Of a stretch of DNA of 64,000 bases, positions 59,223-64,000 are shown piece after piece. How positions within the stretch are numbered: position 1 is the stretch's first letter; each line of letters begins with the position of its first letter. A program made the position numbers and the translations under genes. The DNA lies in NCBI GenBank assembly GCA_041937175.2, contig CP166615.1:2816001-2880000 (forward strand), written 5' to 3'. The notes below the pieces were generated by a model. It was not told the DNA's origin, did no database searches, and was given only the letters and a program-made list of their open reading frames with translations. The DNA is from Limnothrix sp. BL-A-16. Lineage in GTDB: Bacteria > Cyanobacteriota > Cyanobacteriia > CACIAM-69d.

Positions 59223-61712
59223 ATGTTTGAACGCTTCACTGAGAAAGCCATTAAGGTGATCATGCTCGCCCAAGAAGAGGCCCGCCGCCTGGGTCATAAC
59301 TTCGTGGGCACCGAGCAAATCCTTCTCGGACTCATTGGCGAAGGCACTGGTGTAGCCGCCAAAGTCCTGAAATCCATGGGTGTCAACCTCAAGGACGCTC
59401 GGATTGAGGTCGAAAAAATTATCGGTCGCGGCTCCGGTTTCGTGGCTGTGGAAATTCCCTTCACGCCCCGTGCCAAGCGGGTTCTGGAACTGTCGCTCGA
59501 AGAGGCCCGCCAACTGGGCCACAACTACATCGGCACAGAGCACCTGCTGCTGGGCCTGATCCGCGAAGGAGAGGGGGTCGCGGCCCGAGTGCTGGAAAAT
59601 CTGGGCGTTGACCTGTCGAAGGTGCGCACCCAAGTGATTCGGATGTTGGGCGAAACGGCGGAAGTGACCGCTGGCGGCTCCCAAGGCCGCACCAAGACCC
59701 CGACGCTGGATGAGTTTGGGGCCAACCTGACCCAACAGGCCGCTGAAGGCAAGTTGGATCCGGTGGTGGGTCGCCAGAAGGAAATTGAGCGGGTGATTCA
59801 GATTTTGGGTCGCCGCACCAAAAACAACCCGGTGTTGATCGGGGAGCCGGGCGTGGGTAAAACCGCGATCGCCGAAGGATTGGCCCAACGGATTGCCAAT
59901 GGCGATGTGCCCGACATCCTGGAAGACAAACGGGTCGTGACGCTGGATATCGGTCTGTTGGTGGCCGGTACCAAGTATCGCGGGGAGTTTGAAGAGCGCC
60001 TGAAGAAGATCATGGATGAGATTCGCCAGGCCGGTAACGTGATCCTGGTGATCGATGAAGTCCATACCCTGATTGGGGCCGGCGCGGCCGAAGGGGCGAT
60101 CGATGCCGCCAACATACTGAAGCCAGCCCTCGCACGGGGCGAATTGCAGTGCATTGGCGCAACGACCTTGGATGAATATCGCAAGCACATCGAGCGGGAT
60201 GCAGCCCTAGAGCGGCGCTTCCAGCCGGTGATGGTGGGCGAGCCGACCGTGGACGAAACGATCGAGATCCTGCGCGGCTTGCGGGAACGCTATGAGCAAC
60301 ACCACAAGCTGAAGATCTCCGATGCGGCCCTGGATGCGGCGGCTAAGCTGTCCGATCGCTATATCAGTGATCGTTACTTGCCCGACAAGGCGATCGACTT
60401 GATCGACGAAGCCGGATCGCGAGTGCGGCTGCTGAATTCCCAACTGCCCCCGGCCGCCAAGGAATTGGATAAGGAGCTGCGGGAAGTCCTCAAGCAAAAG
60501 GACGAAGCCGTGCGATCGCAGGACTTTGACAAGGCCGGCGAGCTGCGCGACAAGGAAATGGAAATCAAGCAGCAAATCCGCAACATCGCCCAAACCAAGA
60601 AGTCGGAAGAGCGCACCGACGACCCCTTGCAGCCGATCGTTGACGAGGAAGACATCGCCCACATCGTCGCCTCTTGGACGGGTGTGCCGGTGAACAAGCT
60701 CACCGAGTCCGAATCCGAAAAGCTGCTGCACATGGAAGACGTGTTGCACCAGCGGCTGATCGGCCAAGACGAAGCGGTGAAGGCCGTGTCCCGTGCCATT
60801 CGTCGGGCCCGCGTCGGTCTGAAGAACCCCAACCGCCCGATCGCCAGCTTCATCTTCTCTGGCCCCACCGGGGTTGGGAAAACCGAGCTGACCAAGGCTT
60901 TGGCGGCCTATTTCTTCGGCTCCGAAGAAGCGATGATCCGCCTCGACATGTCGGAATACATGGAGCGGCACACGGTCTCGAAGCTGATCGGTTCGCCTCC
61001 GGGCTACGTGGGCTACAACGAAGGCGGCCAACTGACGGAAGCCGTGCGTCGTCGCCCTTACACCGTGGTGCTGTTCGATGAAATCGAAAAGGCCCACCCC
61101 GATGTGTTCAACATGCTGCTGCAAATCTTGGAAGATGGTCGCTTGACCGATGCCAAGGGCCGCACGGTGGACTTCAAGAACACCCTGATCATCCTCACCT
61201 CGAACATCGGTTCTAAGGTGATCGAAAAGGGTGGCGGCGGTCTGGGCTTCGAGTTTGGCGAAGACCAAGCCGAGTCTCAGTACAACCGGATCAAGTCCTT
61301 GGTGAATGAGGAGCTGAAGAACTACTTCCGCCCCGAGTTCCTGAACCGCCTGGACGAGATCATCGTCTTCCGCCAACTGAGCAAGGACGAGGTGAAGGAA
61401 ATCGCCGAAATCCTGCTCAAGGAAGTGTTTGCTCGCTTGACCGAGCGCGGCATCACCCTGGCGGTAACCGACAAGTTCCGCGAACGCCTAATCGAAGAGG
61501 GCTTCAACCCCAGCTACGGGGCACGGCCACTGCGTCGGGCAATTATGCGCCTCCTGGAAGATGTGCTGGCGGAGGAAATCCTCTCCGGCCGGATCAAGGA
61601 TGGCGATACGGCAACGATCGACCTGGACGAAGACCGCAACGTGAAGGTGGACGTGACGGCCGGTGCGCCGCCCGCTGAAACCCGCGAGCTGGTGGGTCAA
61701 GGGGCCGAGTAA
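59223..61712 (+). CDS. clpC: ATP-dependent Clp protease ATP-binding subunit ClpC
   Basis: [43 protein letters not shown] segment, [26 protein letters not shown]. Confidence 0.97.
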   Translation: MFERFTEKAIKVIMLAQEEARRLGHNFVGTEQILLGLIGEGTGVAAKVLKSMGVNLKDARIEVEKIIGRGSGFVAVEIPFTPRAKRVLELSLEEARQLGHNYIGTEHLLLGLIREGEGVAARVLENLGVDLSKVRTQVIRMLGETAEVTAGGSQGRTKTPTLDEFGANLTQQAAEGKLDPVVGRQKEIERVIQILGRRTKNNPVLIGEPGVGKTAIAEGLAQRIANGDVPDILEDKRVVTLDIGLLVAGTKYRGEFEERLKKIMDEIRQAGNVILVIDEVHTLIGAGAAEGAIDAANILKPALARGELQCIGATTLDEYRKHIERDAALERRFQPVMVGEPTVDETIEILRGLRERYEQHHKLKISDAALDAAAKLSDRYISDRYLPDKAIDLIDEAGSRVRLLNSQLPPAAKELDKELREVLKQKDEAVRSQDFDKAGELRDKEMEIKQQIRNIAQTKKSEERTDDPLQPIVDEEDIAHIVASWTGVPVNKLTESESEKLLHMEDVLHQRLIGQDEAVKAVSRAIRRARVGLKNPNRPIASFIFSGPTGVGKTELTKALAAYFFGSEEAMIRLDMSEYMERHTVSKLIGSPPGYVGYNEGGQLTEAVRRRPYTVVLFDEIEKAHPDVFNMLLQILEDGRLTDAKGRTVDFKNTLIILTSNIGSKVIEKGGGGLGFEFGEDQAESQYNRIKSLVNEELKNYFRPEFLNRLDEIIVFRQLSKDEVKEIAEILLKEVFARLTERGITLAVTDKFRERLIEEGFNPSYGARPLRRAIMRLLEDVLAEEILSGRIKDGDTATIDLDEDRNVKVDVTAGAPPAETRELVGQGAE

Positions 61713-61821
61713 CTCTGAACCGAGCGGAACCAAAACACGAAACACGATCGGCTCGATCGCGATCAGGTTTAGTTCAGCTCAGTTCCAGCCCTTGATGGGG
61801 ATGCACTAGTGCTTATTTGTG

Positions 61822-61850
61822 AAAGGGTGGCCTCAACGGGTCGCCCTTTT
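61822..61850 (+). terminator. intrinsic terminator after clpC (possibly bidirectional)
   Basis: AAAGGGTGGCC-loop-GGTCGCCCTTTT. Confidence 0.7.
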
Positions 61851-61914
61851 ACGGTTTTTGCTGGCATTGGCTGGGGCCAGTTCTGGATGCTGATTGGCTG
61901 AATACACTCAGGGA

Positions 61915-63363
61915 TCACCGCTTACCAATGTGGCGGCATCGATCGCACTGACCACAGCGCCAGTTAGCCGACTTGGGCGGTAACCCCAACGCTTGCAACA
62001 AAAAGCGCCACCGACAACCCCGATCGCTCCCGTAGCGCCGCATAGGCAGGTCAACCGATCGCCCCGTGCGGGCTTGGTGGGCGATCGCCGCTGACCATTG
62101 CCCCGACCATTGGTAGTGGAACGGATCGCGCCAGTCCAGTTGACCGAGGGCATGGAGCCAACTGAGGGCGATCGCCCCTTCAGCAAATCGATCGGCAACT
62201 TCAGCAATCGCCCCTTCCTGAGGTAAATGCCGGGCCACAAGACTCAAATTTTGGATTTGTTGGCGGGTTTGCTGCTGAAAGTAGCGATCGAGCCGCCGAT
62301 CGGTGCTGTCCAGCCAGCCGGTGGGTTCACTAATCAATAGCAAAATATCGGCCGGCTGCCCGTCTCGGCCGGCGCGACCAATTTCCTGCACATATTCCGC
62401 CGGAATCAGCGGCCGATGCCAATGAACAATCCAGCGCACATCGGGGCGATCGATCCCCATCCCAAAGGCGCTGGTGCAGGCCAAAAAGGGCAACTCACCC
62501 TTGACCCACTGGGCTTCCAGGCGGCGGCGATCGGGCGGTGGCAACCCGGCATGATAGGCGGCTGTCTGGTGGCCCCGATCGCGCAACTGTCGGGCCAGGT
62601 CTTCGCAAGCTTGGCGGCTGCGGGCAAAAATCAAACCCCCTTGGCCGGGGCGATCGCGCAACCAACGCTGCAAGTGCCACTGACGCTGGGCAGGAACCCA
62701 ACAGCGCTGCACCTGTAATCGCAGGTTGGTTCGATAGGGGGATTGCTCAAACCGAGCTGGATTCCGCAACCCCAAGACTTGGGCAATGATGGCGCGATCG
62801 GTGGGGGTGGCGGTGGCCGTGAACGCGGCGATCGGGATTGGCTTTTGGGCCGCTGCTTCCAGGGTCTGGCGGGCGATCCCTAACCGGCGGTAGGCGGGCC
62901 GAAAGGTTTCGCCCCACTGGGCCAAGCAATGGGCCTCATCGATCGCCAGGCCCTGAATTTGGGGAGCCAACCGCAACAACCGTGGCCAAACTCGTTGGCT
63001 GAAAAGGGTTTCGGGCGACAGATACAGCAATCGCAACTGGCCCTGCTCTAGGCGATCGAGCACCGCTTTTTGTTCCGATCGAGGCACTTCGCTATGCAGG
63101 GTGGCGGCCGGCAATCCCTTAGCCCGCAGGTCTGCCACTTGTCGATCCATCAGCGACACCAGGGGCGACACCACCACAGTCAAACCCGATCGCAACAGGG
63201 CCGGCAATTGAAAGCACAAAGATTTACCAGTTCCCGTTGGCAACAGGGCCCACAGATCCCGCCCTTGCAAAATGGTTTGAATAATGTCGCCCTGGGGGCC
63301 GCGAAATCCGTCGTAGCCCCACAGGGTTTGAAAGAGCGATCGCGCCCGTTGCCACTCATCCAT
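61915..63363 (-). CDS. recQ: RecQ family ATP-dependent DNA helicase (short form, no HRDC seen)
   Basis: PTGTGKSLCFQLP, DEAHC, FRPAY, TATA, YHAGL, AFGMGID, QEIGRAGRDG, C-terminal CR...CGQCDRC Zn site. Confidence 0.93.
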   Translation of the reverse strand: MDEWQRARSLFQTLWGYDGFRGPQGDIIQTILQGRDLWALLPTGTGKSLCFQLPALLRSGLTVVVSPLVSLMDRQVADLRAKGLPAATLHSEVPRSEQKAVLDRLEQGQLRLLYLSPETLFSQRVWPRLLRLAPQIQGLAIDEAHCLAQWGETFRPAYRRLGIARQTLEAAAQKPIPIAAFTATATPTDRAIIAQVLGLRNPARFEQSPYRTNLRLQVQRCWVPAQRQWHLQRWLRDRPGQGGLIFARSRQACEDLARQLRDRGHQTAAYHAGLPPPDRRRLEAQWVKGELPFLACTSAFGMGIDRPDVRWIVHWHRPLIPAEYVQEIGRAGRDGQPADILLLISEPTGWLDSTDRRLDRYFQQQTRQQIQNLSLVARHLPQEGAIAEVADRFAEGAIALSWLHALGQLDWRDPFHYQWSGQWSAAIAHQARTGRSVDLPMRRYGSDRGCRWRFLLQALGLPPKSANWRCGQCDRCRHIGKR

Positions 63364-63408
63364 CCCGATCGCGCCTAGGTCTCGGATGCCGCGCCGCCCG
63401 TCAATGGC

Positions 63409-63756
63409 CTAAACCGAAGCCAAGGGGCGCTCGGCCGGTTTGGGATCAATTTTGCTGCACACCTCATAGAAATTTGTGACCGGCGGTTTCAGGAAAAGGT
63501 GAGCCATTTTGGCAAAAATTGCCTCGCAAACTTCATTGCGATTGGCATCCATATCATCAATGTTGTCCCAAAAGATCACCGCAATGCCGCGATCGCTGTT
63601 GGTCTCTTGCAGCAAATAAGCCCCTTCAAAACCCTGTTTGTAGGTGGAAACTGCCGCTTCAAACAGTTGTTGGGCTTCGGTAAATTTGCCCGGCCGAAAT
63701 TCCCCGATCGCCACGTAGGCATATTGATGCTTCAGGAAGTCTAGAAATTCGCTCAT
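63409..63756 (-). CDS. antibiotic biosynthesis monooxygenase (ABM)-like small protein
   Basis: 115 aa from ATG 63756 with GAGG upstream; GFEGAYLL, GIAVIFW, FYEV pattern of dimeric alpha/beta barrel proteins. Confidence 0.7.
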   Translation of the reverse strand: MSEFLDFLKHQYAYVAIGEFRPGKFTEAQQLFEAAVSTYKQGFEGAYLLQETNSDRGIAVIFWDNIDDMDANRNEVCEAIFAKMAHLFLKPPVTNFYEVCSKIDPKPAERPLASV

Positions 63757-64000
63757 AATGTTCGTCGAGTCCTCACGGTGCTTGCTTAAGGCCAGCCTAA
63801 CTCGATCCCCTGGCGTAACTTGAAAAAGCCGATCAAACATCACTGACTTGTAGCGAATTGCAATGCTTTGCAACCTCTCAGCTTGCTAACTTTACGAAGC
63901 AATAATCAAAGCGATACTAAAGGTCATAATCAGCCAGTTAAACCAATCAACTTTCGACCAGATTTTTTTTGTTAACTCAGTTAATTCGGCTAACTGGGTT

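Noticed and set aside
59148..61376. Long minus-strand ORFs (346 and 389 aa) opposite clpC
   Set aside because: Antisense shadow frames caused by strong codon bias of a conserved gene; no recognisable motifs.

Overview
Chromosomal window from a GC-rich cyanobacterium with very frequent HIP1 (GCGATCGC) sites; gene content and repeats suggest a filamentous, gliding, Limnothrix-like organism (inference). Most of it is core genome: DegT-type aminotransferase, NTRC, nadB, psbU, B12 radical SAM, FHA-adenylate cyclase, uppP, apcD, truB, a complete pilGHIJL/hmp chemotaxis-like motility cluster with divergent hmpF, ygfZ, ubiC-like lyase, tRNA-Leu(GAG), accC, lnt, rimI, clpC and recQ. An accessory stretch at about 43.4-58.1 kb carries a PAS histidine kinase, MITEs, a Ser/Thr kinase-ATPase-GAF-His kinase, and an AT-rich, HIP1-poor island at about 53.5-58.1 kb. 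The best novelty candidate is in that island: a tightly spaced three-gene operon encoding Trypco1 (CU044_2847-like), a trypsin-like serine protease with a Clp-N-like tail, and a TIR-like domain (catalytic Glu apparently lost) fused to four CBS domains. This is a putative nucleotide-sensing, protease-activated conflict/defence system. The island also holds a GCS2-like ligase gene bounded by 21-bp direct repeats at the break point of a Uma2 pseudogene. Elsewhere there are two MITE families sharing one palindromic core, an uncalled 30-aa membrane ORF, and a structured RNA/uORF upstream of the ubiC-like gene. All family assignments come from motif recognition by eye, not from database searches.
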